Shown here one piece after another: positions 41,104 to 50,921 of a stretch of DNA of 64,000 bases. The translations under genes were made by a program, and so were the position numbers. Position 1 is the first letter of the stretch. Each line of letters begins with the position of its first letter. The notes beneath the pieces were generated by a model that ran no database searches, had not been told where the DNA came from, and saw only the letters and a list, made by a program, of their open reading frames with translations. The stretch is taken from contig CAVSQW010000006.1 of the NCBI GenBank assembly GCA_963730185.1, forward strand, positions 96,001-160,000, written 5' to 3'. This DNA comes from an uncultured Gemmatimonadales bacterium. Lineage in GTDB: Bacteria; Gemmatimonadota; Gemmatimonadetes; Gemmatimonadales; GWC2-71-9.

Positions 41104-41853
41104 TCAGGCCGCTTCGAAGGTTTCGAAATCGCGCTCGAGGAAGGCCCTGACCTCTTCGAGCTTCGAGGCCCGGAACTCTTCCGGGGTCCCCTGGAGGATG
41201 ATCCTGCCGTTGGAGAGCAGTGCCAGCCGGTCGGCCACCCGGAAGGCGCCCCGCACGTCGTGCGTCACCATCACGCTGGTCACGCCCAGCTCGTCCGACA
41301 GCCGCCTGACCAGGCCGTCGATGATGTCGGCGTTGACCGGGTCCAGCCCCGACGTGGGCTCGTCGTAGAGAAGGTACTTGGGGGCGCCCGCGATCGCCCG
41401 GGCGATCCCCACCCGCTTCCGCATCCCGCCCGAGAGCTCGGCCGGAAACCGGGCGGCCACGTCGGTCGAGAGATTCACCAGGCGGAGGCACTCCTCGACC
41501 CGAGCCCGCGAGTACTTCAGGTCCTGGTACCGTTTCACGTCGCTCAGGCCCAGCCGGATGTTCTCGAAGACGTTCATCGAGTCGAACAGCGCCCCGTTCT
41601 GGAACACGTAGCCGATCCGGGTCCGGAGCTCGGCCAAGGCGTCGCGCTTGAGGGTGGCGACGTTCAGGCCGTCCACCAGGATGGTCCCCGAGTCGGGATG
41701 GATCAGTCCGTTGATGTGCTTGAGGAGCACGCTCTTGCCGGTGCCCGAGGGACCCATCAGCGCCACCGTCTCGCCGTCCTGGACGGTAAAGTCCACGCCG
41801 TCGAGGACCACGTGCTCCCCGAACCGCTTCTTGAGGCCGTGAAGCTCGATCAT
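41104..41853 (-). CDS. mlaF: MlaF-like ABC transporter ATP-binding protein
   Basis: GPSGTGKS, FQNGALFDS, LSGGMRKRV, YDEPTSGLDP. Confidence 0.92.
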   Translation of the reverse strand: MIELHGLKKRFGEHVVLDGVDFTVQDGETVALMGPSGTGKSVLLKHINGLIHPDSGTILVDGLNVATLKRDALAELRTRIGYVFQNGALFDSMNVFENIRLGLSDVKRYQDLKYSRARVEECLRLVNLSTDVAARFPAELSGGMRKRVGIARAIAGAPKYLLYDEPTSGLDPVNADIIDGLVRRLSDELGVTSVMVTHDVRGAFRVADRLALLSNGRIILQGTPEEFRASKLEEVRAFLERDFETFEAA

Positions 41854-42638
41854 CGGTTGAGGAGCAGCCGCGCGAGGAGGACGTTGAGCAGCAAGATCAC
41901 CACCGAGCTCGCCACCACGGCCGCCGTGGTGGACCGTCCCACCCCTTCGGCCCCCTGCTTGGTGTTGAAGCCCATGTAACAGGAGATCAACCCGATCGCC
42001 CCGCCGAAGAAGAAGGCCTTGATGACCGAGTACCAGGCGTCGAACGAGCGGTAGTAGTAGCGGGCCCCGAAGGCGAAGTCGGCGTCGGTGACGGGGAGCA
42101 CCTGCTTGACCGCGTACCAGCCCGCCACCACCGCGATCACGTCGGCGATGATGGTCAGCACCGGCACCATGATGAAGCCGGTCAGCACCCGGGGTATGAT
42201 CAGGTGGGAGGCCGGCGAGCGGCCCAGGCTCTCGAGCGCGTCGATCTGCTCGGTAACCCGCATCGTCCCGAGCTCGGCCGCGTAGCGGGCCCCGATCCGG
42301 CCGGCCAGGACCAGACCCACCAGGACCGGTCCGAGCTCCAGCACCACCGTCGAGACGATCAAGGTGCCGAGCACGTAGACCGGCAGACTGGTCTGCCACT
42401 GGTAGCCGGACTGGAAGGCGGTGACCGCCCCGGCAAAGGCCGAGATCAGGAAGACAATCGGCAGGCTGCCGGCCCCGATGCTGGCCGACTCGCTGATGGT
42501 CCGGGGCAGCCAGATCCGCCATTCCCGGAGCCCCCGGACGATCTCGACCGCCAAGAGCGCAAACCGCCCGAGGTGGGCCAATCCACCCAGGAACATTCGA
42601 CCCAGGAAGCGGGGAAAGCCGAGCGGCGAAAAGGCCAT
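41850..42638 (-). CDS. mlaE: MlaE-like ABC transporter permease
   Basis: ELGPVL, AELGTMRVTEQIDAL, GAEGVGRSTT. Confidence 0.92.
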   Translation of the reverse strand: MAFSPLGFPRFLGRMFLGGLAHLGRFALLAVEIVRGLREWRIWLPRTISESASIGAGSLPIVFLISAFAGAVTAFQSGYQWQTSLPVYVLGTLIVSTVVLELGPVLVGLVLAGRIGARYAAELGTMRVTEQIDALESLGRSPASHLIIPRVLTGFIMVPVLTIIADVIAVVAGWYAVKQVLPVTDADFAFGARYYYRSFDAWYSVIKAFFFGGAIGLISCYMGFNTKQGAEGVGRSTTAAVVASSVVILLLNVLLARLLLNR

Positions 42639-42658
42639 GGCTAGTATCTTGAACCGCC

Positions 42659-43324
42659 ATGCCAACGAAGTCCACCCTGGCACGCTTCCGGCGCCGGGTC
42701 GTGACCTGGTTCCGCCGCCACGGTCGCGACCTCCCCTGGCGCGCCACCCGCGACCCCTATCACGTCCTGGTCAGCGAGTTCATGCTCCAGCAGACCCAGG
42801 TGGCCCGGGTCGAAGGGTTCTACCGCCGGTTCCTCGACCACTATCCCACCATCCAACACCTGGCCGGCGCCGAGGCGCTCCGGGTCCGGGAAGCCTGGGA
42901 AGGACTCGGCTACTACCGCCGAGCCGCCAACCTCCACCGGCTGGCGCGCGAAGTGGTCGAGCGACACGAGGGTACCATCCCCACCGAGGTCGAGCGCCTC
43001 CGGGCCCTCCCCGGCGTGGGGAGGTACACCGCCGGCGCGGTCGCGGCCTTCGCCTTCGAGGCGGCCGAGCCCGCGGTCGACACCAACGTCGGCCGGGTCA
43101 TCCGGCGAGCCTTTCACCCCCGCACCTTCCGGGACGCCAAGGGCGAGCACCGGATCTGGGCCACCGCCCGGGCCCTCCACGGCCGGCGCGGGCCGTCGGC
43201 CTGGGCGCTCAATCAGGGCTTGATGGAGTTGGGAGCCTTGGTCTGCACCGCGCGCGAGGCACGGTGCGATCGCTGTCCCGTGCGGGCGATGTGCGCCACG
43301 GGCCGGCGCCGGACTACCGCATGA
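42659..43324 (+). CDS. mutY: A/G-specific adenine glycosylase (short MutY-like, no C-terminal domain)
   Basis: RDLPWR, VSEFMLQQT, GLGYY, HhH LPGVGRYTA, VDTNV, Fe-S motif CX6CX2CX5C. Confidence 0.85.
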   Translation: MPTKSTLARFRRRVVTWFRRHGRDLPWRATRDPYHVLVSEFMLQQTQVARVEGFYRRFLDHYPTIQHLAGAEALRVREAWEGLGYYRRAANLHRLAREVVERHEGTIPTEVERLRALPGVGRYTAGAVAAFAFEAAEPAVDTNVGRVIRRAFHPRTFRDAKGEHRIWATARALHGRRGPSAWALNQGLMELGALVCTAREARCDRCPVRAMCATGRRRTTA

Positions 43325-43772
43325 GGGCGCCGGCCACCAGAGCCAGCAGCGCGAGGATGCCGGCCACCATGCCCACCCGGGCCGCCTTGGCCCGCTGGGC
43401 GTCGAACTGGAGGGCGTGAGGCCCGGTCGGATCGAGCGAGGCCGCCCGCGACGCCGCCGGGATCCCGAAGATCAGGAGGAGCACCGCGGCCAACAGGCCG
43501 GTCGCCTGCATCAGCATCATCCAATGGGTCACCAGCGCGGTCGACCCCGGCCCGCCGTAGATCATCAGGGTGAGCACCAGCCCCGACGCGACCGTGAGCA
43601 ACGACCCGGGCATCATCACCACCCGGTAGACCAGCGCCAGCTGCCGGGCCACCACCCCGAGATTCTCGCGGGGCTCGCGACGGGAGTAGATCCCCATCAC
43701 CATCGCGGCCAGGCCGCCGCCCAGCCACAGGACCATGCCCAACAGGTGGGCGAACAGCCAGAGATGTCTCAC
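43314..43772 (-). CDS. Four-TM membrane protein
   Basis: FAHLLGMVLWLGG N-terminus and four hydrophobic segments; GTGA coupling to the upstream gene. Confidence 0.7.
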   Translation of the reverse strand: MRHLWLFAHLLGMVLWLGGGLAAMVMGIYSRREPRENLGVVARQLALVYRVVMMPGSLLTVASGLVLTLMIYGGPGSTALVTHWMMLMQATGLLAAVLLLIFGIPAASRAASLDPTGPHALQFDAQRAKAARVGMVAGILALLALVAGALMR

Positions 43773-44185
43773 GGAACGATGGCGCCGAAGTGAGCGGCGT
43801 CGATGGGCTGCCGACCGGCAAAGCCTCCGTCGACCTCATGCCAGTGAGTGATGTGGGCCTCGCCCAGCTTCCAGCACAGAAACACCAGGCGATCCTCCCG
43901 CAGAGCGTAGAAGTCCACCAGCCCCTCCTCGAACCCCTTGAACAAGCAACCGATCGACTCGATCTCGGTCAGATAGCTGCTGATCCGGGTGGCGGCATCG
44001 GACACCACCGTCCGCGACTCGACCAGCTCGGGCGTCTCCCCTTCGTCGGCCCGGCTCGCGGCCGCGAGGAGCTCGTAGCGCGACAGGGCCTCGCGCCAGA
44101 CTCCGTACTCGACCTGAAGGTCGGCGAGGATCCCCCGGAGCAGCGGCAGGGTACGCTCCGCCTCGTCCAGGGTGAAGATCCGCAT
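43769..44185 (-). CDS. DUF2203 family protein
   Basis: FTLDEAERTLP...GLVDF...FLCWKLGE...WHEVDGGFAGRQPI. Confidence 0.88.
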   Translation of the reverse strand: MRIFTLDEAERTLPLLRGILADLQVEYGVWREALSRYELLAAASRADEGETPELVESRTVVSDAATRISSYLTEIESIGCLFKGFEEGLVDFYALREDRLVFLCWKLGEAHITHWHEVDGGFAGRQPIDAAHFGAIVP

Positions 44186-44327
44186 CTGGGTCACGACCTG
44201 CTCCTTCCCGCCGTCCGGGCCCCGCGCCACCCCGGCGCGGAGGGCCGACGACAGCTTGGATGCCCCCAATCATCTCGGAGGAGCCACCCCCGGTCAAGCG
44301 GGATCGGGAACTCGACCGCCTGACCCG

Positions 44328-45149
44328 TTAGGATCCCAGCGCGCGACGGGCCGCGACCCGACCCGCGTCCAGGTACTCGTCGAGGTGGTCGATCGCGAAC
44401 GTCTCGCCTCGATGCACCTCGGGACGGACGTAGAGAAGCCGGGGCAGGCCCGGCGTGGCCCGCCAGAGCTCGAGCCCGAGCTTGGTGACGCTGGCCATCA
44501 GCACGAACTGTGAATCGTTGTGCGCCCGGATCAGGGCCGGCGGATCCCGGCCATCCCGATCCGGACCAGAGTCGAAACCCGGTCCGACGTCGATCCCGAC
44601 CACCAGATCGGCCTCGAACCGTCGAGCCACCTCCAGCGCCAGCACCCCGCGCAGTCCGCCGTCGGCCAGCCGCCGGCCTCCGATCTCCGCCGGCGGGTAG
44701 AGCAGCGGGAGCGCGCTCGACGCGTAGAGGGCGTCCCCCAGCGGCGCGTCGACCCCGCCCGCCCCGAACACCACCAGTTCGGCCGTGTCGAGGTCGGCGG
44801 CCGTCACCGACAGGGGCAGCTTGAGCTGGTCGAACCGGGTCACCGGCAACAGCTCGCCCAGCGTCTGGCGGAGGCGCGGGCCGCGAAGCAACGCCTGCGC
44901 GAACACGCCCTTGAGAAACGCCGTCCGGTCCAGGGCGGCGACGTCGCCCCGCTTGACCCGGCGAAGCTGCGCCAGCACCGCGGCAATCGAGAGCCCGGCC
45001 GCCAGACCCGCCGCGATCACCGCCCCCATCGAGGTCCCGACGAACCGGGTCGGCACGATGCCCTGCTGGGCCAGCACTTCCAGCGCCCCGAGGTGCGCCG
45101 CCGCCTTGGCGCCGCCACCGGACAAGACCACCGTAACCCGCTTGCTCAT
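44328..45149 (-). CDS. Patatin-like phospholipase
   Basis: SGGGAK, GTSMG, DGG motifs. Confidence 0.92.
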   Translation of the reverse strand: MSKRVTVVLSGGGAKAAAHLGALEVLAQQGIVPTRFVGTSMGAVIAAGLAAGLSIAAVLAQLRRVKRGDVAALDRTAFLKGVFAQALLRGPRLRQTLGELLPVTRFDQLKLPLSVTAADLDTAELVVFGAGGVDAPLGDALYASSALPLLYPPAEIGGRRLADGGLRGVLALEVARRFEADLVVGIDVGPGFDSGPDRDGRDPPALIRAHNDSQFVLMASVTKLGLELWRATPGLPRLLYVRPEVHRGETFAIDHLDEYLDAGRVAARRALGS

Positions 45150-45589
45150 CGGGTCCGCCGGGCTTGGTAGCGCCCCCGGGCGACCTCGAACCGGGCCCGC
45201 TCCTCCTCGGTCTCCGGCACCAGCCGAGGCACCCGTCGCGGGTGACGCTCCCGGTCGATCGCCACGAACACCACGTGGGCCGTATGGGTGACCTGCCGCT
45301 CGCCCGTCGTGATCCGCTCCGCCATCACGTCGACGGTGATGTCCATCGACGAGTTCCCCACGAAGTCCACCGTGGCCGAACAGGTCACCAGCGCCCCGAC
45401 CGGAATCGGGTGGTGGAAGTCCAGCCGGTCGATCGACTTGGTGACGGCCGGGCCGCCCGCGTGCCGGATGGCCGCGACCGCCGCGGCCTGGTCGACCAGC
45501 GCCATCAGATCGCCGCCGAAGAGATCGCCGAGCAGGTTCTGCATGTGCGGCATCACGAAGGTCGTGATTTGCCCGCGAGAGTACGACAT
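45146..45589 (-). CDS. Acyl-CoA thioesterase (hotdog fold)
   Basis: NLLGDLFGGDLMALVD, VGNSSM, VFVAID. Confidence 0.9.
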   Translation of the reverse strand: MSYSRGQITTFVMPHMQNLLGDLFGGDLMALVDQAAAVAAIRHAGGPAVTKSIDRLDFHHPIPVGALVTCSATVDFVGNSSMDITVDVMAERITTGERQVTHTAHVVFVAIDRERHPRRVPRLVPETEEERARFEVARGRYQARRTR

Positions 45590-45645
45590 CGGACGGGATT
45601 CGGGAATCATGCGCGTGGCTGACGGGAAGACGGCCGGGCCGCCCT

Positions 45646-47439
45646 CTAGTAATCGACCGGCCGAAGATAGAACTCGCCGATCGCCGTCGGCGAGAGCATC
45701 GCGACCGTGGGCAGGCGCCGCTTCCAATGGGTGCTGTTCAGTCGCCGGCGGACCAGGTCGATCTCGGGCTGGGCAAAGCCCTGGGCGACCAGCCGCTCGT
45801 CGTCGTACCCCAGCAGAACCCCGTTGAGGATCTGATCGGCCCGGGCGTAGCTGATCCCGAAATCTCCCTCGTCCGTCTGGCCCGCGACCAGATCGGCCGA
45901 GGGCGCCTTCTCGACGATCGCCTCCGGCACGCCCAGAAACCGGGCCAGGGCCCAGACCTGGGTCTTGAAGAGGTCGCCGATCGGATTGACCGGCGGCGAA
46001 TCGTCGGCATGCCAGGTGAAGTAGCCGAAGAGCCGCTCGGTCTTGTTGCCGGTGCCGAGCGGGATCGCGGCCAAGGAGGCCGAGAGGTCGAACAGGGTGA
46101 TCATCCGCATCCGGGCCATGACGTTGCCCAGCCGCGCCGGCGTGGTCGGGGGACCGATCGCCGCGGCCAGCCCGTCCACCCCGGCCGAGATGTCGATCGT
46201 GCGGGAGGCGACGCCCAGGGCGTCGATCACCAGCTGGGCGTGGCTCAGACTGGTGGGGCTCGAGGTCCGATAGGGCATCCGGACCGCCGTTACCTGCTCC
46301 GGGCCGAACGCCGCGGCGGCCAGGAAGGCCACCACCGCGCTGTCCACCCCGCCCGACACGCCCACCACCACGCGCTCGAAGCCCCGGCGTCGGGTGACCT
46401 CGTCGCGCAGGAACTCCACCAGCCAGCGCCGGGTCAGGGCCGGATCGATGGCCAGCGGGTCACGGCCGTTCTCGGCCGACGCGGCCCTGGGCCGGCGCCG
46501 AGGCGTCGGGGTGCCGGCCTGCGGCAGAGCACGGTCTGCGGGACCCGGCAACCGCCCCGTTTCCCGTCGAACGTTGAGGCCGTCGAGCAAGTGCGGCAGA
46601 TGGGTCTCGAGATCGGACAGCAGGGGCTCCTCGGCCCGGGCCCGGGTGATTTCCTCGAGATCGAGGTCGGTGGCGAGCAGCGCGTCCTCGAAGATCGGCG
46701 CCCGGAGGAGCACCTGCCCCCGCGGGTCGACGACCAGCGAACCGCCGGGGAAGGCCTTGCCCCCCTCGAAGCCGACCAGGTGCGCCACCGCCACGAAGAT
46801 CCCGTGCTCGGCCGCGATCTGCTGGGCCGTCCGCTCCCACCGGACCGAGCTGGCCGGCCGGCCGTCGGCTTCGGCGCCCGGCTCGATCCCGCGAGCCGGA
46901 CTGGCGCTCAGGATCAGGAGTAGCTCCGCCCCGTCGAGAGCAGCCATCGTCGGGACGATCGAATGCCAGGCATCCTCGCACACGATCGCCGCCGCCCGCC
47001 CCCACGCCGTGTCGAACGCTTGGACCCACCGCCCGGGCTCGACGAACCGCTCCTCGTCGAACACCCCATAGGTCGGGAGGAAGATCTTCCGGTGCACATG
47101 GCGGATCCCGGGAGACGCCCCGCCCAAGGACGACACCAGGGCCGAGTTGTAGAGCCGGGTGTTCCAGACCTCGTAGAACCCGATCGCCACCTCGACCGGC
47201 GGCGCCCCGCTGGCCGCGTGCAGCTCGGCCAGCGACGCGTGGAGCGATTCGGCCGTGACCGCCAGCTCCCGCACGCCGCCTTCGACGAAATACCCGGACA
47301 AGGCCGTCTCCGGAAACACCAGAAGGTCGAGCGGGTCCGGCCGACCGGCCAGCCCGGCGAAGATCTCCCCGACCCGGGCGAGGTTGTCGCGGTAGGCCGC
47401 CTTGCGGGGCCGGAATTGGGCGAGGCCAAGACGGACCAT
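45646..47439 (-). CDS. nadE: Glutamine-dependent NAD+ synthetase
   Basis: Nitrilase domain (FPE, RK, VCED) fused to synthetase domain (SGGVDS, GNVMARMRM, GTGNKTE, PSADL). Confidence 0.95.
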   Translation of the reverse strand: MVRLGLAQFRPRKAAYRDNLARVGEIFAGLAGRPDPLDLLVFPETALSGYFVEGGVRELAVTAESLHASLAELHAASGAPPVEVAIGFYEVWNTRLYNSALVSSLGGASPGIRHVHRKIFLPTYGVFDEERFVEPGRWVQAFDTAWGRAAAIVCEDAWHSIVPTMAALDGAELLLILSASPARGIEPGAEADGRPASSVRWERTAQQIAAEHGIFVAVAHLVGFEGGKAFPGGSLVVDPRGQVLLRAPIFEDALLATDLDLEEITRARAEEPLLSDLETHLPHLLDGLNVRRETGRLPGPADRALPQAGTPTPRRRPRAASAENGRDPLAIDPALTRRWLVEFLRDEVTRRRGFERVVVGVSGGVDSAVVAFLAAAAFGPEQVTAVRMPYRTSSPTSLSHAQLVIDALGVASRTIDISAGVDGLAAAIGPPTTPARLGNVMARMRMITLFDLSASLAAIPLGTGNKTERLFGYFTWHADDSPPVNPIGDLFKTQVWALARFLGVPEAIVEKAPSADLVAGQTDEGDFGISYARADQILNGVLLGYDDERLVAQGFAQPEIDLVRRRLNSTHWKRRLPTVAMLSPTAIGEFYLRPVDY

Positions 47440-47516
47440 AGGTCGGGAAACTTAGGTCCGGTCGGCCTCTTTCGTCATGGCGGGCCGCCATCTAGCATTG
47501 GGGCGACCGAACCTGG

Positions 47517-47990
47517 ATGCTCGTGATGGCCACCCCCCTCGAGGCCCTCCGCGGCGTGCCCAACGCGTCGGAGCCGATTCCCCGGCTCCTGACCGGAGGG
47601 CAGCCCCTCCCCCACCACTTCGAAGCCCTCAAGGCGGCCGGCCTCGGGGCCGTGCTCGACATCCGCGACCCGATGGAGCCCCGGCCGTTCGACGAGCCCG
47701 CCGTCGTCGAGGCCGCCGGCCTCGAGTACGTCAACATCCCGGTAACCGGTCATCTCTCGGACGACCTGATGGTGGAGCTGCTCGGCGTGGTCAGGGACCG
47801 ATCGGATGGCGGCCTGCTCTTCCATTGCGCCAGCGGCAACCGGGTCGCCGGGCCGATGATCGCCTACCTGATCCTCGACCACGGGCTGACCGAGGACGAC
47901 GCGATCACGGCTGGGATGCGGATGGGGCTCCGGGGCGCCGACATTCTGCAGTGGGGACTCGATTACGCCAGGCGCCACCCCGGCCGCTGA
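47517..47990 (+). CDS. Phosphatase-like/sulfur-transferase domain protein (TIGR01244-like)
   Basis: GGQP, VLDIR, GLEYVNIPV, HCASGNR. Confidence 0.75.
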   Translation: MLVMATPLEALRGVPNASEPIPRLLTGGQPLPHHFEALKAAGLGAVLDIRDPMEPRPFDEPAVVEAAGLEYVNIPVTGHLSDDLMVELLGVVRDRSDGGLLFHCASGNRVAGPMIAYLILDHGLTEDDAITAGMRMGLRGADILQWGLDYARRHPGR

Positions 47991-48095
47991 CCCACCAAAA
48001 GCAATCGGCGGGGGTGCCCGGCAACCTGCGCCGAACACCGCCCGCCGAGCTTCGAGCCGCCGACGGGGGGAGCGCCGGCGTCCGAACAGTTCACC

Positions 48096-49757
48096 TCAAG
48101 GCCGGCCGGGACGTCCCCGCGGCCGCGAGCCGCCCGACGGCCGGGACCGGGACGGGGAGCTGCTCCGGGTCGGCCGGCTCACCCGCGGCGGACTCGACCG
48201 GGGCGCGCTCACCCGAGGGGGCGGGCTGGATCGAGGCGGTGCGCTGGCTCTCGCGGGCCGGCTCGACCGGGGCGCGCTCGCTCGGGGAGACGGCCGGGCC
48301 GGGGGCGAGTAGTTCCGGGGCGCCGAATAGCTCCGAGGCGCCGAGTAGCTCCGAGGCGAGTCGCTGCCGCCGCTGCGCCGAGCCTGGGGCTCGGCCCGCG
48401 GGGCCGACGAGTTGGGCTCCGCCCGACGAGCGCGGTCCTGGAACTGATAGATCCGGACGTCCGGCCGGCTGGAAGCCGATGGGCGGCTGTCCGGCCGATC
48501 CGGACCCCGGGCCCGGTCGACCGCGACGGGGCGCCCGCGCTCGGGCTGATAGCGGTCGACACTGGGTGTCTGGAGATCGGGCCGGTTGGGGCGCGCCGGG
48601 CGTGCCCGGGGCCGATCCGTCTGCACCGGCCCACGAGAGCCGCTATTGGGGCGATCGCGCTCGACGTTGGGCCGCGGGCTGCTGGGCTCCGACGGCCGCG
48701 ACGGCCGCGACGGCCTGGCCCGGCCACTCGAGGGCGCGGGCCGGCTCCCACCCGACGGACGGGCGCTGGGACGGGCCCCACCGGACGAGGGACGCGACCG
48801 GCCATTCGCCGATGGCCGCGCCCGCCCGCCGTTGATCGGCGTCCGGTGATCGATCCCGTTGGGAAGGTTGCCACTGAACGACCCACCCCCCGGACGAGAT
48901 ACCGCCCCGCCGTAGGTGCGATGCCCGATGGTGTAGCCCCGAGGCCGCCCGAGAACGACCGGCAGCCGGCGGTTGCCCGTGTAGATCCCGCCACCCGGGT
49001 AGTACCACCCGCCGCCGGGGTAGTAGCCGCCGCCGTAGCGATAGGGGGAGTACCACGAGTTGTAGCCATAGTACCAGCCGCCCGCCGGCCAGTAGCGACA
49101 GCCGAACAGACTGGGGCGAGTCCACCAGCCGCAGTTGAAGTCGTCGTAGTAGCTGGGATACCAGGTGTACGCGGTCTGGTAGCCGCTATAGCCGTAGACG
49201 CGATAGCTCAGCAGGTCGTAGTCGAACCCGCGATCGCTCGAAATCCCCTGCAACAGATCCGAGATCGCGACCTCGGGATCGGCTGCATCGCGGTCGATCA
49301 CGAACTGGCCGTAGTCCCAGTTGCCGCTGCCGGACTCGAACTCGCGGAATCGGAACGGATCCGCCGATACGGCCGCGAAGACCGTTCCTTCCCCGTCCCG
49401 CTCGGCGACGAACGACACCCGGTCTCCCCGACCGCGGATCTCGTAGCGATGCCCGCCCCGGACGAAGTTGTCGTCGCCCGGACCGATCGGGAACAGCACT
49501 CGGAGCCGGCCAGAAGTATCGTAGTTGAGCACAACGAGATAGCCATCGTCCCGGGCCTCCACCTGCACCCGGGCCTGCTCGCCCTCGCGGAACTGTCGGT
49601 TGTTGTTGATCCAGAGTTGGACCGCGGGTGCGTCGCTCGCGATCGCCACCGGCTCCCCGACCAGACCGCTGTCGGCACCGAGCGAAAGCACGGACATCAA
49701 AGCGAGCGCCAACATAGGCAACCTCCTGGAGGGGATCCGATTTCCCTCTTGGTTCAC
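48096..49757 (-). CDS. DUF4384-domain secreted protein with a Tyr/Gly-rich segment and an R/P/S-rich disordered tail
   Basis: DGYLVVLNYDTSGRLRVLFP motif; low-complexity C-terminal half. Confidence 0.75.
   Translation of the reverse strand: MNQEGNRIPSRRLPMLALALMSVLSLGADSGLVGEPVAIASDAPAVQLWINNNRQFREGEQARVQVEARDDGYLVVLNYDTSGRLRVLFPIGPGDDNFVRGGHRYEIRGRGDRVSFVAERDGEGTVFAAVSADPFRFREFESGSGNWDYGQFVIDRDAADPEVAISDLLQGISSDRGFDYDLLSYRVYGYSGYQTAYTWYPSYYDDFNCGWWTRPSLFGCRYWPAGGWYYGYNSWYSPYRYGGGYYPGGGWYYPGGGIYTGNRRLPVVLGRPRGYTIGHRTYGGAVSRPGGGSFSGNLPNGIDHRTPINGGRARPSANGRSRPSSGGARPSARPSGGSRPAPSSGRARPSRPSRPSEPSSPRPNVERDRPNSGSRGPVQTDRPRARPARPNRPDLQTPSVDRYQPERGRPVAVDRARGPDRPDSRPSASSRPDVRIYQFQDRARRAEPNSSAPRAEPQARRSGGSDSPRSYSAPRSYSAPRNYSPPARPSPRASAPRSSRPARASAPPRSSPPPRVSAPRSSPPRVSRPTRSSSPSRSRPSGGSRPRGRPGRP
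48308..48358 (-). repeat. 18-bp tandem repeat inside the CDS (PRSYSA/PRSYSA/PRNYS)
   Basis: tagctccgaggcgccga-type units repeated; protein SPRSYSAPRSYSAPRNYSPP. Confidence 0.7.
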
Positions 49758-49802
49758 CGTCCGGTGACTGGGAGACCGCGAAGGCGAATCGCCCCCTAGG
49801 AT

Positions 49803-49859
49803 TACGAGATTCGTGCCAGTCGGCAGGACGCGCCTAAGTCATTGTAACACAATAACTTG
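49803..49859 (-). promoter_or_regulatory. Candidate sigma54-like promoter with upstream IHF-like inverted repeat
   Basis: TGGCACG-AATC-TCGTA at 49818-49803 (imperfect -12); TAAGTCATTGT-AAC-ACAATAACTTG at 49835-49859. Confidence 0.45.
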
Positions 49860-49938
49860 CAAAACGCAAATTGGCGCCGTGGTGTCCTGAATGGAGGACA
49901 CTGGTCCTCTGAGAGGACACCACCGGAGCCAGCGGTGC

Positions 49939-50331
49939 TCAGGGCCGGCGGTGCCAGTACATCCGCATCTCGGTGATCTTGGCGCCGTCGGACTCGCAGA
50001 AGAGCGCGCCCCGGGCCTCGATCCATTCCCCGGTTCGGCGGCGCCGGAACACGGCCCGGAACTCGGTCGAGAACCAGGGGCCGGCCACGAAGATCTCGCC
50101 GGTCGTGACGGTGATCTCCGATTGGTTGTAGGGGATGTCGATCCAGTAGGCCCGGATGGCGTCCCACCCGGTTCGGGGATCGGCGAAGGGAGTCTCGATG
50201 AAGACGGCCTGCTCGGAGAACACCTCGAGGATCCGCTTCACGTCCGCCTTGGACCACCCGGCAGCGAAGGCATCGACCAGCTCGCGGCCGAGGGCGCGCG
50301 TATCGCTGGTGGTTGGAGCTGGTTCGGTCAT
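49939..50331 (-). CDS. NTF2/SnoaL-like family protein
   Basis: FAAGWSKAD...AVFIETPF...GWDAIRAYW...KITEMRMYWH. Confidence 0.8.
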   Translation of the reverse strand: MTEPAPTTSDTRALGRELVDAFAAGWSKADVKRILEVFSEQAVFIETPFADPRTGWDAIRAYWIDIPYNQSEITVTTGEIFVAGPWFSTEFRAVFRRRRTGEWIEARGALFCESDGAKITEMRMYWHRRP

Positions 50332-50381
50332 GGGTGCAAATTAGCGTACCGGAACCGCTCACGCCCAGCCTCGGACCCGCC

Positions 50382-50921
50382 GTGCCAGACCGCACCAGCC
50401 TCCTCAGGGACCTCCGTTCGTCGGCCGACGCCTTCCTGGGATCGTTCGCCGCCCTGTCGTCCGAGCAGCTCGCCTTCCACCCGGGAACGGGACGATGGTC
50501 CGTGGCCGAGACGGTGGAGCACGTGACCCTGGCCGAAGTCGGGTCGGGCAAGCTGCTCCGGGGTCGGCTGGTCCGGGAGCCGGCACCGGAGGAGCTGCTG
50601 GCCGGAACGGTCGGCGCCGACGAGCGGATCGCCCGACGGCTCGGCGATCGGACCCGGCCGATCGCGGCGCCCGATTTCGTGTCGCCGAGCGGCACCTGGC
50701 CGGACGCCGGGGCGGCCGGGGCGGCGTTTCTCGAGAGCCGGGACGCGACCATCGACTTCCTGACCGCCACCGAGCTCGACTTGACCCGTTACGCCGCCCC
50801 GCATCCGGTGCTCGGCCCCCTGACCGGGCTCCAGTGGGCTCATTTTCTGGTCCGGCATTGCCTCCGTCACCGGGAGCAGATCGTCGAGATCACCCGGGCC
50901 CCCGGTTACCCCGCCGCCTAA
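50382..50921 (+). CDS. DinB family protein
   Basis: GRWSVAETVEHV, HPVLGPL, HCLRHREQI. Confidence 0.85.
   Translation: MPDRTSLLRDLRSSADAFLGSFAALSSEQLAFHPGTGRWSVAETVEHVTLAEVGSGKLLRGRLVREPAPEELLAGTVGADERIARRLGDRTRPIAAPDFVSPSGTWPDAGAAGAAFLESRDATIDFLTATELDLTRYAAPHPVLGPLTGLQWAHFLVRHCLRHREQIVEITRAPGYPAA

Noticed and set aside
44195..44325. GC hairpin plus GGAAGGAGCAG resembling SRP RNA domain IV
   Set aside because: Lacks the 5' CAGG and the stem closing the GGAA loop; better explained as the RBS region of the DUF2203 gene.
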